A stretch of 64,000 bases of DNA from Malacoraja senta. Taxonomy: Eukaryota. Each line of letters starts with the position of its first letter. The first letter of the stretch is position 1. A program made the translations under genes and the position numbers. This document shows positions 1 to 12,505 of this stretch, piece after piece. The stretch lies in assembly GCA_038087875.1 (NCBI GenBank), contig CM075980.1, positions 15,128,001 through 15,192,000 on the forward strand. Direction: 5' to 3'. The notes under the pieces were generated by a model. The model did not search any database, had not been told where the DNA came from, and saw only the letters and a list, made by a program, of their open reading frames with translations.

Positions 1-91
1 CTCAGTCTTAAAAAGGTTGCTGCAAGGCATAAAAGGGAACAATGCACTGAGAATGGATTGATCATTAGCCTGAATGTATATTTTTTTGCAG

Positions 92-121
92 CCACTCATA
101 CCCGGCACGAACGTGTCAAGG
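92..121 (+). CDS. CLUH: CLUH-like, putative 30-nt coding micro-exon (THTRHERVK)
   Basis: TTTTTTTGCAG acceptor and AAGG|GTAAGC donor; phase 1-1, joins the next exon in frame (G|AT=D). No recognisable homology in so short a peptide. Confidence 0.55.
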
Positions 122-1081
122 GTAAGCGACCACATTCTGTGGAACAATTTGCTCAAGCAGTGTACATCAGCATGCTGCTGTGCAGTTACTGTTTCATTGT
201 GACCCTAGCCTTCATCCACATTTTGGTTTTAGGTGAAGTTTCGAAGTTGAACAATAAAAAACAGATGCTGAAGGAGCTAGGGTTTGTTTTTAATGCCTTC
301 ATTTTTTTTTCAGAGCCTGAGGGTCACTAAAAAAGCCCAGTCTTTACTGCCCATCTCTCATTGCTTTGCAACCAAATGGCTTTCTAGACCACCAGGATAA
401 GTTTGGTGGGCTTCCTCCTCTGAAGAATATTTATGAACATTGTGGGTTTTGAGGTTATTATGAGGTCAACATTACTAATGATATTTTAAACAAATCCCAG
501 ATTACTCACAGATTTTCCACAGATGCCATGGTGGGATTTGAACATTAACCTCTGCGTTATTACTGCAGGCCTCTGGATTACCAGTCCAGTGACCGCCCAC
601 TGTGGCATTTATCTGTATTAGAAGCTGTTCTCAGTGAAGCCCATAGCTGGGGATGCTGAGGATAGTCCTGATGAAATGCGCTATTCTTATTGGATAATGG
701 CCACAATATTATCCCTGAACACTTTGTAAATGAGCACTAATTGAATAGCACTCATTTTTTGTGCTGAATGACATGGGGTTCATATAACAAAGGGCACTGT
801 TTCCTACAGGGATAATGCTGGTCTTAGCTCATTGTCTGTGGCCTCTGCCTGCCGGCACTTGCTGTTCCAGGTGCAGAGCCCTGAGCAAGCTGATCCTCGG
901 CATCAATGGGGATTTGGCAAAGTCCATTCTGTCTTTGGGCAGCATGTCGAGAGGCTCTGCTCCAATTGTCAAAGGCTGGTTAAAAATGCTTTTCAAATTT
1001 TTAAATAGACTTTTCAATTTTTAAAGAGTGAATTTTAGAATGTGTAAAGACTATTAAAACATTTTAAAAACTTCAGACTGA

Positions 1082-1200
1082 TCTCGACTGAAAGGTCACC
1101 CATTCCTTCTCTCCAGAGATGCTGCCTGTCCCACTGAGTTACTCCAGCATTTTGTGTCTATCTTCAGTTTAAACCAGCATCTGCAGTTGCTTCCTACACA
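1082..1200 (+). mobile_element. Short Penelope-terminus-derived repeat
   Basis: GTCACCCATTCCTTCTCTCCAGAGATGCTGCC...GAGTTACTCCAGC...CATCTGCAGTT core, shared with the ends of the GIY-YIG elements in this window. Confidence 0.75.
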
Positions 1201-2175
1201 GATGATATTACTGACAGGATTCCACAACCAGCGAGTTGGCTCTATATGTTACGATAGTCATTACAACAAAGATAGAAGCTTACCTAATCCTGACATTTAA
1301 GCAGTGCATTTAGTAGCCACAGATGGAAGTGCATCCCTGGTTCTGTAGAGATACGTAAAATCGTGAACAGGTCAGGAACAAGTCCAGAGATGGGGAGAAA
1401 AATACAATAAAATGTAAGGACTAAATCGCAGCAAAATGGAACTTGCGCAAAAATAAATACTGTCATTGCAATTTCTGAAGCTTCCTATAGCATGTGTATC
1501 CAGGAATAGAGTGAAGCAATCCGAATAGCAAGGCTCGTATTCACGGTGAAGCCTTGCTTGGGTTTATTTGGTTTAACTTGCAGCCATGTTTTACTAATTC
1601 AGATATGCAAAGATCAGTCATTGGTGTCCCTACCACCTTCTTAAATAGCCACACTCCTGCTGTATATCCAACCAGATATATCCAAGGACACTGAGAAGCT
1701 GAAGAGGAAATTGCCCTGGCTGAGAGTTACGAGTCACCATGAGGTGCTGGAAGACTCTGACTCAATAACTATGGGTGTAGCAAAAATGACCACCCGGTTC
1801 CCAAACTTTCCCTGAAGTTTTGATAATTCAAGAAAAAAAATTCTCAAAGGTGCAATAAAAAAATCCAAGAGAAAATCCTTTTGGAGGATTTTAAAAAGTG
1901 ATTTTTGTTGAAGGTTTTCCTATAATAGTTGTTACTAGATTCTATTTGGAGAAAATGGTTTGTTTAATGAAACAGAGTGGTTGGAGATGGGAAGTGGTGT
2001 GGTAAACCTGTCAGGGATGCACTCTGACAGAATTGGCAGCCCTCTGTACACATGGCTCAGTGGGCAGTTATTCACCATGCTTGCCACCATCAGTATTGGA
2101 CTGTCTACTGACTAATGAGAATAATCTGTCACTTTGCAACCGAGCCTGTCATGAAACACACACCACAAGGCACTT

Positions 2176-2251
2176 TGACCAGAAACGTCACCCATTCCTT
2201 CTCTCCAGAGATGCTGCCTGTCCTGCTGAATTACTCCAGCTTTTTGTGTCT
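2176..2251 (+). mobile_element. Short Penelope-derived repeat with a 14-bp TSD (ACCACAAGGCACTT)
   Basis: Direct repeats at 2162-2175 and 2252-2265. Confidence 0.8.
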
Positions 2252-2497
2252 ACCACAAGGCACTTCCCTTTCTCAGACTGCATGAGTTTCTTTTTTCCCC
2301 ACAATCTTTTAATGGAAACTTCACACCAAAGTGGAGAATGCAATTTTTTGTTTTCAGTTTGCCTTTTCCAACCTATATTTAATTGTCTTTTTAAACTTTC
2401 TTAAATTGTGTTGGGGGAGCATTGATGCTTGTGATGTCTGAAAACCCTCTCCTAACTTGTACAGAAGTCTTTAACCTTTTTTTCTTCTTCTTCACAG

Positions 2498-2602
2498 ATT
2501 ATATAAGAGATGCTGAAGTGTTGAGGGCTACATGTCAGGAGGTGGGCTCCATCAATGAAGGCATCTTTGACATTCGCTTCAATCTAAACGTGTATGCCCC
2601 AG
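2498..2602 (+). CDS. CLUH: CLUH-like coding exon (DYIRDAEVLRATCQEVGSINEGIFDIRFNLNVYAP)
   Basis: Matches the CLUH motif AC.AVGSIS..FDIRFNPD.FSPG; polypyrimidine-CAG acceptor and CAG|GTAAT donor. Confidence 0.9.
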
Positions 2603-3629
2603 GTAATGTGCAGCATTTGAGCCACAGATATTTATTACTAAATCATGACAAAATATTGGGTAAACCTTTGGATTTTCTGTGGCTGAAAGGAGTATTGAAG
2701 AGTTTATGATATTGCAGTTTTTGCTGTTAATTTCCATTCTTCAATAAATCTTTAATATATTCCAAACAAACCTTATTGCAAGGGGATTAGATTTGTTTGT
2801 TGGATCATATTCTAAACTTGGATTAACGCACTAGTATTTGGCGTAGAATTATCACTGAATCTCCACGTTTAGAACCAAAGTTTTCTTTTATTCAGTTGGG
2901 TACACGACTTGGCGATATTTTGGGCCATCTAGCACAATATTCCACAACGTATTTTGTGCCTATTCGTGCATTTGGCATGAAAAATACTACCACATTTGCC
3001 ACAAATGAAGCGGGTGGTAGGTTCACCAGAGAAAGTTTTCAGTTGTAATGATGGGTTTAAAAAAAAAAAGAAGCATTTGTCTATTGTCTATTGTCATTTC
3101 TACTTCTAATTTCAACTGTGCTCCTATTTTCTCCATAAAACATTCTGAAAATGTTATACCATGTTGTGAGCTTCTTTCATGTACTACTGTGTCACTATAA
3201 TGTATTTGGCACATTCTCTGCCTCTTTTAAAAAAAAATTAAAACATTATGGATGTTCATTGTAATGCTTCAGATTTTTGAACTAATATTTCACTTTCTAC
3301 CTTTTAATCCCATGTGTGTTCCCATCTTTATTTCAAGCTTTTATTTTGAAAACAAGTTAAAAAAATTAATTAAAAAGCCATGGGACAATTTCATTACAGA
3401 TGGATGTCAAGTCATCTTGGTTACATTAATAGTCACAAAGTGCAGGAGTAACCAGCATCTACAGATCCTTGTTTCTACCTTGGTACCATTAATGCTGCAG
3501 GATATCAGGGATGGTGCCTGCCACCAGTTATCGTTGGAGAAGACAGATCCAGGCTGAGAAATTGCTATGGGCAGGGTTCATACTGTTGACCACAAAACCC
3601 AGACACTTTTTAGAAAGTGGGTGAGAGTT

Positions 3630-3920
3630 GAGTCAAAGTTTAGACTTTAGAGATCCAGCATGGAAACGGGCCCTTCGGCACGCTGAGTCTGTGCCAATCA
3701 GCGATCACCACGTAACACTAGCACTGCTACACACTAGGGACAATTTACAAAAATCAATCAACGTACAAACCTGCATATCTTTGGGATGTGGGAGGAAACC
3801 AGAGGACACTGGGAGAAAACCCACACAGTCACAGGAAGAATGTGCAAACTCCATAATGACAACACCCATAGTCAGGATCGAATCCAGGTCTCTGTTGCTG
3901 TAAGGCAGCAGCACCACTGT
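3630..3920 (-). mobile_element. tRNA-derived SINE (HE1-like)
   Basis: Reverse complement of the 12506 SINE: B box GGATTCGATCC and CTAAA-type tail. Confidence 0.75.
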
Positions 3921-4511
3921 TGAAAGTTGAAAAAACCCCATTTAGAATAAGTAGGTACCGCAACAGAATGTTGCTGATTGTTGGTGCTTCCAGACAAATG
4001 TGAAAGTGAGCAGCATACAGGTGCCCCCTGGGTGGGATGGGTTTGTGTTTCCAGAAAATGGCCAGTATAGTGTTTTTTCTCCAATATGAAGAGATGGGCA
4101 TAAAATCTTTGTTTATTTTCTTTTCGTATGAATTCCATGAGTGAATTTTAATCTATATCTCACAATTTTAGGAGTGATTAGTGAATTTTGTCAGGGTAAA
4201 TTTCTATTACGTGATCAACCATAACATGGGTAGGTGGGGGAGTTCCTCTGTACCTGGGACTGAAACTGAGACCACACTTGCCATTCACTTAGAGATATGC
4301 ATTAAACCAGCCTGCTTATTGATGATCATAAAAGCGATCAGGCATGTCAAGTGGACATTGACCTTTGCCTACAATGTAAATAATTGGTTCAGAGCATGAT
4401 AAACATTGTTGTTGGAAGTGTTTTTAATCACTTGTGCATCATGTAACAACTGGCATGTTTCTTGGATGAGATGTTTTGAAGGAATTGAAATGAAAATGAT
4501 TTTTGTTGCAG

Positions 4512-4612
4512 ATGTAAGATTTCCTGAGTGTGAACTGGAGTCTCTAAAAGTCCAGAAGCGACTGATGAAGGACATTGCAGCCTTTGTTGTGTCTGTACAG
4601 ATTCCCAGCTTT
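4512..4612 (+). CDS. CLUH: CLUH-like coding exon (DVRFPECELESLKVQKRLMKDIAAFVVSVQIPSF)
   Basis: Homologous to CLUH VRFPE...QKQLLKDAAAFLLSCQIP; AG/GT sites; frame continuous. Confidence 0.92.
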
Positions 4613-4840
4613 GTAAGTGACTGCATGGGGAAAAACTCATTATGTTGACAAGAATGAGATCTGATAAGAGAAAACATCAGTATTTGTGTCAAACTTAAAC
4701 GCATTTAAAGCTATATTATCAGAGCATATAAATTGAATGGAAATTCAAAGAAAGCATTATACTTTGTATAATTGGTTGGTGAATTAATAAGCAGAAGCAC
4801 CTACTTGCTAGTACGAGAAATATTGAGAGCGGTTGAAAGA

Positions 4841-5127
4841 GGCAAGGTGGTGCAGTGGAAGAGTTGCTGCACCAGAGACCCGGGTTTGATCCTGACTACG
4901 GGTCTGTATGGAGTTTGTAAGTTCTCACAGTGACCTACGTGGGTTTTCTCCGAGAGCTTGGGGTTTCCTCACACACTCCAAAGAACCACAGATTTGTAGG
5001 TTAATTGGCTTGGTAAAATTGTAAATTGTCCCTAGTGTGTGGAGGATAGTATTAGAGAGCGAGGATCGTTGGTCGGCGTGGACAATGGGCCGAAGGTCCT
5101 GTTTCCGTGCTGTATCTCTAAAGTAAA
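4841..5127 (+). mobile_element. tRNA-derived SINE (HE1-like)
   Basis: A box TGGTGCAGTGG, B-box-like GGTTTGATCC, 3' end GCTGTATCTCTAAA. Confidence 0.8.
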
Positions 5128-5463
5128 CTGTTTTAACACACATAATTGCTTGGATTCATCATGCTTATCACGTCACTCATGAATTGAGTAAAAAATATTT
5201 ATGAAGGGAGGTATCAGCAAATGCTTGAAAGACCATATTGAAGAGGGAACAGGAAATATGATTAGAATTGACTATTCTGCTAATAAGTATCATGTCTCTC
5301 AAAATCTGGGGGCTTTGGGGGTAAAAGGGAGCATTTTTGGGTGGAATGTTATCACATCTGCAGTTTGTCATGCCCTGGCTGTGGGGCAAGTATCACAGGG
5401 TTGTGGGTGTTGGGATATGCCTGCTACACAGACTGACCTCCTCTCCTCCCGTTTGATGTCCAG

Positions 5464-5616
5464 ATCAAAGACTGCGAGGGTCATGTCCTGATGCCCGCAG
5501 ATGGTGCCACAATTACGGATGCTCTGCACAAATACGGAATTAACATCCGATACATCGGCAAAATAACACAGCTGATAAGCCAGTCAGAAAACAAGCAGTA
5601 CCTGGAGCATATCTCG
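5464..5616 (+). CDS. CLUH: CLUH-like coding exon, Clu central domain (IKDCEGHVLMPADGATITDALHKYGINIRYIGK...)
   Basis: P.DG.T...+H.RGIN+RYLGK motif; not in the ORF track, read manually; 153 nt, phase 0-0. Confidence 0.93.
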
Positions 5617-6509
5617 GTAGGTATTCCATCAAGCGAGAGATCGCTTTAAGGGAGAGGACAGATTGCTAAACCAATTAATAATCATGAAGCATCAAGATTT
5701 GGTTCATTATTGCACTGCACGGTTGAAGTCCAGCCATTCAGTGCAGGGCAAACCAGGTTGTCCATGCTCAATTTGCTGATCTCAGTAAGAGTATGACTGA
5801 GGACGTGGAGTTGGCCATGGTATCCCTGGATATGGGCACGAATGGACCTTGTTGGATTTGGCTGTGCTATATTTACACGTGCATTGAAGGCATGTGGGTA
5901 ATGTCCAAAGGCATTAAAGGTCATTATGTTCATGAATGGAAGGCAACAAAGTAGAGGTGGTAAGAAGAAAACATTTGATATTTATTCAACATGCAGATGA
6001 CATGGTGTGGCGGAGGCATCGTGACTACCAGTTATATCTCTGTGTTGGGGGGAATTGACCTTACCTGAGACAAATAATTGGTCTGCATATTCAGAATGCA
6101 GCACAGATCTGGCACCTGGTGAGGACAGGATTCCGTTCCTGAAAACTATTCATAACCCAGTCTGCTGGTATGAAATGTGGTCATGAACCAAGTCCCTGCC
6201 CGCGTGAAGATGCCTGTAGCAGCCATCGAATCCATCCCGCCTGTCTCCCAAACGCTCGGTTGTGCAAAGGTCAGGTGTCTGTAAACTGGGGTGGACCTGT
6301 CGTGTAATTCTATGGCCTTAATCTCTTCTCTCTGATGTGGTGATTTATGGCTTTTTAAAGTAGCAATCTCGCACACTGTTAAAGTGAGATTTAAGTATAC
6401 CTCTGAAAGTGATAACCCAACAAATATAATATAATTTGGGCATCAGTGTTCTGCGCTTGACCTTTGAGTAGGTAGTCACTGTTTAAGATTATGTTTTGCA
6501 TTTCCACAG

Positions 6510-6572
6510 AGACTGCTAATTGGTGAAATCATCACTCGAGTTGCAAAGCATGTCGTAGTCCTCTACCAACAG
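6510..6572 (+). CDS. CLUH: CLUH-like coding exon (RLLIGEIITRVAKHVVVLYQQ)
   Basis: Matches IGELITRSAKHIFKTYLQ; canonical splice sites. Confidence 0.9.
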
Positions 6573-7381
6573 GTACCGGTTCTGCTCATAGAATAAACAG
6601 CACTTTCTTCCAGCGTAACTAATACATGTTAAATTTCAGAGTGGAAATGCCTCGGGTTCAGCCTGTGGTTTGTGCAGTATTTGTGAACCTCATTCAGTTC
6701 AGTGGCAGTGAAATGGAGCCTAGTCACTTTCAACTTGGTCTCTCTCTAATCCTTGAGTGCTTGTGTTAGAAGGTTTGTTTGGGAATTGGGATCTACCACA
6801 AGACGTTGCTCTTTGCAAGATTGGAGCGTACTTTGGGAGGGGGCAATAAAATCCAAGGGAACCAAGATAAATTATCTTGTTTTTGTCAGTTTTCATGAAA
6901 TTCACACCCATTGTCATCCACCTCATCCCCCATTCCTGCAACTTGTTGGATAAACTTTATTACTGTGTAATACAATTAAAGCTAATGTTCATGAAAACGT
7001 AACAATAATCTGGAATATGGATAAAATGTTACAATATTAGAGGAGGTTCATAAAGACACTCCTATATGTGATTGTGGCCAGACAAGTGGGAAGTAATTAA
7101 AAACGCATGAGTAATGTTAAAACTCTCTAAAATATCAGTTAAGCTACTACTTTTTTATTTATTGCTCCTGTTGAGAATCAAACAGAATTGAGTTACAAAA
7201 TTGCATTTGGGCCATGCTAAGGGAATACTGCAGACTTGAAGGGCATTGAAGGTTTATGAACCACATAGGTTTTCACTGCAGTCCAGTGCAGGTGACTCCT
7301 ATGGTAGGGCCATTCGAGTTGCATAAATCCACACTTGCATAGTTCACAAATCCTCTTTAATATGCCAAGTCCAAGATTGAG

Positions 7382-8469
7382 TGTGTAGGTAGGAACTGCA
7401 GATGGACACAAAAAGCTGGAGTAACTCAGTGGGACAGGCAACATCTCTGGAGAGAAGGAACGGGCGATGTTTCGGGTTGAGACCCTTCTTCGCGAGCTGC
7501 AGATGCTGGTTTAAACCGAAGATAGACACAAAAAGCTGGAGTAACTCGGAGGGGCAGGCAACATATCTGGAGAGAAGGAATGGGTGACGTTTCGGGTCTG
7601 AAGAAGGGTCTCGACCCGATAGGTCTCCCATTCCTTCTCTCCAGAGATTCACCAGGGGGCGCCGCACGATGGCAGCCTCGCCAACAGTCCGTCTCTTTTC
7701 GGTAGTTTTTGTTAGTTTTAGTGTGTTTTAAAAGTTTGTGTTGATGTTCTCTGGTTTGTTTTATGTAGGAGGTGGGGGAGGGGGTCGGGGAAACGTTTTT
7801 TCAATCTCTTACCTTGCCGGATATGCGATTGTTTCCCGGATCGTATCTCCGGTCACTCTGCGGCCTAACATCATGGAGCTGGAGGCCTTGCTCGGGACTG
7901 AATTTGAGCCCCACTGCGGGGATATGGACTTACCATTGGAGCCGACCCCTTGCCTGGGATCAACGTCCGACCGCGGCCTGAGGATTTCACCATCGAGGAG
8001 CTCGCAGTCTCGGGTAGAGACCGATGTCGTGAAGCTCCAAACGACGCAGAAGGTTTTGACCCGCAGTCCGATTTCCCAGCGCTGGGGAGGTGAGATCCCC
8101 CCCCCACCCCCCCGATGCAGGAGCTTGATCGCCTCCGAGGGCCCAAACATCGCCGTCTACAGGAGCCAAGATCGCCCCGTCAACGGAAGGCTTGAAGCTC
8201 CTGTCCGCGGGAGAACAAAGAAGGGAAGAGAATAAACTTTTTTTTCGCCTTCCATCACAGTGAAGAATGTGGAGGAGTCACTGGTGGATGTTTATGTTAA
8301 AATGTATTTTGTGTGTTCTGTTGCTTTCTATTGGCAACTGACTGTATGGCAAATGAAATTTCTTGTATGTTGCAAACTTGGCGAACATACTTGGCTAACA
8401 AAGTATTATTATGATTATGATTATGAGATGCTGCCTGTCCCACTGAGTTACTCCAGCTTTTTGTGTCTA
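7382..8469. mobile_element. Composite insertion: tandem and inverted Penelope-derived units containing a nested ~776-bp retroposon
   Basis: 12-bp TSD TCCAAGATTGAG at 7370-7381 and 8470-8481; inner element 7649..8424 has a GAGAT TSD and a (TTATGA)n tail. Confidence 0.75.
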
Positions 8470-8870
8470 TCCAAGATTGAGAATGTTCAGTGACAAGGAT
8501 ATGCTGGAAAAGCTGGGATGATTGTTCTTGGCGAAGGGAAAATTAAGAGAAGGGTTCAGAATTCAGATAGGTTACAGAATAAGTGTAAGGTATGAAGAAT
8601 CATCCAGAGGTGACATGAGGTTGGAAGTAAGTTTTGCAAATCATTTTAACTGGAATTCAATGGAAGCTGATTCAGTTGGGGCTTTCAAAAAGGAATTGAT
8701 ATTTAAAAGTAACATATCTGCCGAGGTCTCTGGGAAGGCCAAGGGAATGGGGTCATCTGGCTTGATCTCAGAAGAGCAAAAATCTGCCCCTTTGCTACAC
8801 TCATTCTGATTAATTTGTTTGCAGCTCACAGAAGTTCTTCTAATTCTCTTAATTTTCATTTTTCTCACAG

Positions 8871-9109
8871 AATGTGGAGATATCAGCTCTTTCACTTGCC
8901 ATTAGTCACTTTCTGAATTGCTTCCTGAGCTCCCATAACAATGGTGCTGCACATCTGCTTCCGGGCGAACTGGCATCACGCAAGAAGAGAAACAAGCGCA
9001 AGATGCGGATTCCTGAGAATGACTTGGCTTGGGCCAGCCTGACCTGTACGGAGCTGTGGAAACAGATCAACAGTGAAGCCGTTGAAAGCTTTGACTACGC
9101 TTTGGCTTG
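8871..9109 (+). CDS. CLUH: CLUH-like coding exon (NVEISALSLAISHFLNCFLSS...ELWKQINSEAVESFDYALA)
   Basis: AISHFLNCFLSS is a CLUH hallmark; canonical splice sites. Confidence 0.95.
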
Positions 9110-9669
9110 GTACGTTATGGCATGGGCGGGTGCACAGATTACTTTCTACATCATCAATTGCTGTCGCTGAAGGAATTGATATCAAGGTGTGATCTGAATC
9201 TTGTTGATGCAGGAGTGGGATAGTTCTCATTGAACATTAAAATTCCAGTACAGCTCCCTGGACACACGGGCTAGCACAAGCCCTGATTGGTTGCCAAAGG
9301 AGGACAGAGAGGCAGTCTTTATGATCCTCAACATCTTCCTAACCCCTGGTTTTCGATAGATGTCGATTCCTATTTAGGGTCGACGAACATTGCAGTGGCC
9401 TGAGAAGGCTCATTAATGCAAGTAAAATCTTTCCATATTTGATCTTCCAACCTAATAGTCATCCAGTTACATTTCTGAGAGACACGTCCAAATACTGCAG
9501 TATGGAGTGGGAGTGAAATTTAATGATGGGTGAAAGCTTGGCACAGCCGAGCTGACAATGCTTTTAGCCAGAATGATGAAAGGGCATTGGTAATAAGATG
9601 TCTTTACCGTTCACTTAGTTTATCTCTTCTCTCTGCCATGACCTGATGTTTATGATTGGTCCATTCCAG

Positions 9670-9754
9670 TGACGGGGTTGATCAGGCAGTGGACAAGTTT
9701 AGCCTGCAGAAAGTCTCCCTTCTGCGCGAGTTCTGCTTAAAGGCTGGAATTCAG
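9670..9754 (+). CDS. CLUH: CLUH-like coding exon (DGVDQAVDKFSLQKVSLLREFCLKAGIQ)
   Basis: Matches [26 protein letters not shown]. Confidence 0.93.
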
Positions 9755-11017
9755 GTACTGCTGATTCTTTCATAATCATTATGTCGCTTGCAAATGATGT
9801 GCCATTGCTGTATTAAACCTTCAGCGTGTATCCTCACCAACTGTGCCTTGTTTTGCTTGGTTCATCAAATTAGCATTCCAGTACATTGCTCTGAAGCTAA
9901 CCTAATGATTTTGCAAACTGATTGAAATGTGACAGTTAATGGAGAATAGATTGAATCTAGTATACTATTTTGCAAGAAAATTAACCAGAAAAATGAAATG
10001 AAATAGAACAAAATGGTAGAAATACTAAACGGGTCAGGCAGCATCTGCTGAGAAGAACAACAGGGCTCATGCTTCAAGTCAATAATGTTTATTCAGAAAA
10101 AAATGTGCTGTGTCTGCGTGACTTTATTGGACTGAGTGTGGAAGACTACTGCTGCTTGTGTGAAAGTTGGTCAGAGAAGATTTTGTCCCTTAAATATTGC
10201 AAAATTCTGTTTCCCCCCCCCCCCACCCCCCATTGGAGATTGCTCACAGTGAAAAGTTCCTTAGTGATTGAGTTACTCTCTAAGAAATAAGAGAACAATG
10301 GGAGGAAGAAATCAAATAACTTTTCATTGTAAAAGTTACGGTTGGGAAAATGCCAGTTTATTCCTAGTAAAGCACAAATTGTTTACACAATCTAAAATTA
10401 CTTTGCAGCTGCAATTAATAATTTAAGAATCTCAATTTGTATCAACAATCAGATCTGATTTAGAAGTCAACAGGGGTATTCTTGATTTATTTGCATGTAA
10501 CTAGAACGTCCAATATAGTTTAGTGAACTGGAGCACTATCACACAATATTTAGTTTAATACATTTGTGTTTTAATAGCCAATAGTCAATACTGATTCAGT
10601 CAGTAATTAAGGTCTGTTTTCATCCCTATGAGACGTTGCTAAGAATTTTTTGGGGAGAAATTTGGAGCCAGTGACTTGAATGAACCAAAAGGACACAAAA
10701 TACTGGAGAAACTCAGCGGGTCAGACAGTATCTCTGGAGAACATGGAAAGTGATGTTTTGGGTAAAGACCCTTGTTCAGAAATGAACCATTTAGTATTAG
10801 ATAACATAAGGAGACCATCTACTGTTTACGGGCATGAGCAATTACGTCATTGCAGTAGTTGTGCTGCCCCACTGAACACTGTACAAAGGATTGTGTGGAT
10901 TTTACTGGTCTTTGTGAATAGTGTGTATGGTACCCTTGCTGAGCTATTTCAAGAATCTGCCGTAATGTTTTTTTGATTGATTGGTTGTTCATGATATTCT
11001 TGGATATTTTCTCTCAG

Positions 11018-11171
11018 ATTCTGCTGCGAGATTATAACTTTGACAATCGCCACAAACCCACTTTCACAGAAGATGATATCCTCAATACATTCCCTGTGTT
11101 CAAGCACATTGTTGTGAAGTCGACGGATGCGGAGAGAGTTTATCAGAAAGCACAAATGAATATTCAGAAAG
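11018..11171 (+). CDS. CLUH: CLUH-like coding exon (ILLRDYNFDNRHKPTFTEDDILNTFPVFKH...)
   Basis: Matches [29 protein letters not shown]. Confidence 0.95.
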
Positions 11172-11840
11172 GTACAGTCATGTTGACGGAACAATGCTGA
11201 CATAATTGGGTGGAAGAGAGGAAAAGATGTCCTTTCACCATAGGGTTCAAATAGAGTATGATACTTATTTTAGATATTATTAAGGATTGAGAGTGAAGTT
11301 TGATCTGAATGAGGAGATGTACTGAGCAAGTAGTTCACATCTGAAACGGCTCCACATTATGTAAAAGACTCTCTGGGAAACCAAGCTCTGATAACTGTGT
11401 GGCACTATACATTACAATATTGCGTTAAGTGTGGAAGTACTGATGGTGGGGATGTGCAACAAAAGTTGAGTTGCCCATCCCCTTTAACACCAAAAAACAA
11501 AAAAGTGCAAATGCTGGAAAATGAAAACAAAAATGCTAAATATAGTCAGCAGGTCAGGCAGCATCTGTGGAGAATAAATGGAGTTAACTTTTTAAATCAT
11601 TGAATACCAATACAAAGAAAGGTTACTAACCTGAAACTTTGTCTCTGTCATCTCTGTCTCAACTTGCAGTGCACTTTTAGAATTTTCTGATTGCTGTTGT
11701 CTTATAAATATCAACTTTTGGTGAAATTTGTATCTGTGTAATTTGCTTACAATTACAATCCTTTCGATGTCCAATATTGAGAATGAACAGGAAAATAAAT
11801 CTCCTTTCTCATTTATAACTTTCATTGTTTTTGTTTCCAG

Positions 11841-11980
11841 GAAACATTAAGGAAGGTTTTGAGTTAATGAAAGAATCTTTAAACCTTTTCAAAAATGTGT
11901 TTGGCCCTTTGCACTTGGATGTCTGTGCTTGCTTGCACATGCTTGCGCAGTTAAACTACATAATTGATGACATCCCTGAG
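11841..11980 (+). CDS. CLUH: CLUH-like coding exon, TPR region (GNIKEGFELMKESLNLFKNVFGPLHLDVCACL...)
   Basis: Matches [32 protein letters not shown]|GTGAG donor. Confidence 0.94.
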
Positions 11981-12505
11981 GTGAGCGATGCTTTTAACTT
12001 TGTGCTGGAGGTTTTTACTCCAGCGAAGAGTGGCTAGAAAATATTAAAAAGAGAAAATAGTTCACAGAATAATGAATGTGATATGAAATATTTATTGCAC
12101 TTTTACCAACACTGTCAGACTGTGATCGTACTGTCTACATGTGGACTTTAACAGGAGAGTCTGATTGTAAACTGATCCTTCACTTTATACCTGTGAGATA
12201 GACAATTAAATTGATCTTTACCTACTCCCTCATCTGTAAATATGCAGCTTGCAATTCTTCGCATGTGCACACTAGACGTACCTGTGACCACTGCAACTGC
12301 CGTCTGGGTGTTCAGATGTTGATCAATTGTATAATTGCAGTTGAAGTACCTGCAGATTTGATCTGTTTTCGCATTTTTATATTTTCTAGCCACTCTTTGC
12401 TGGTATTCACAGGAACATTTATCCAGTGGGATTTTAATATTGGGGCAATACCAAATAATAACATCTACTCTAGAATAGGTGCATTAACAACTTTTAGGGT
12501 GGAAT

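Noticed and set aside
7738-8235. 165-aa ORF as a novel protein
   Set aside because: It lies within a GC-rich repeat insertion with overlapping ORFs in several frames and has no recognisable motif.
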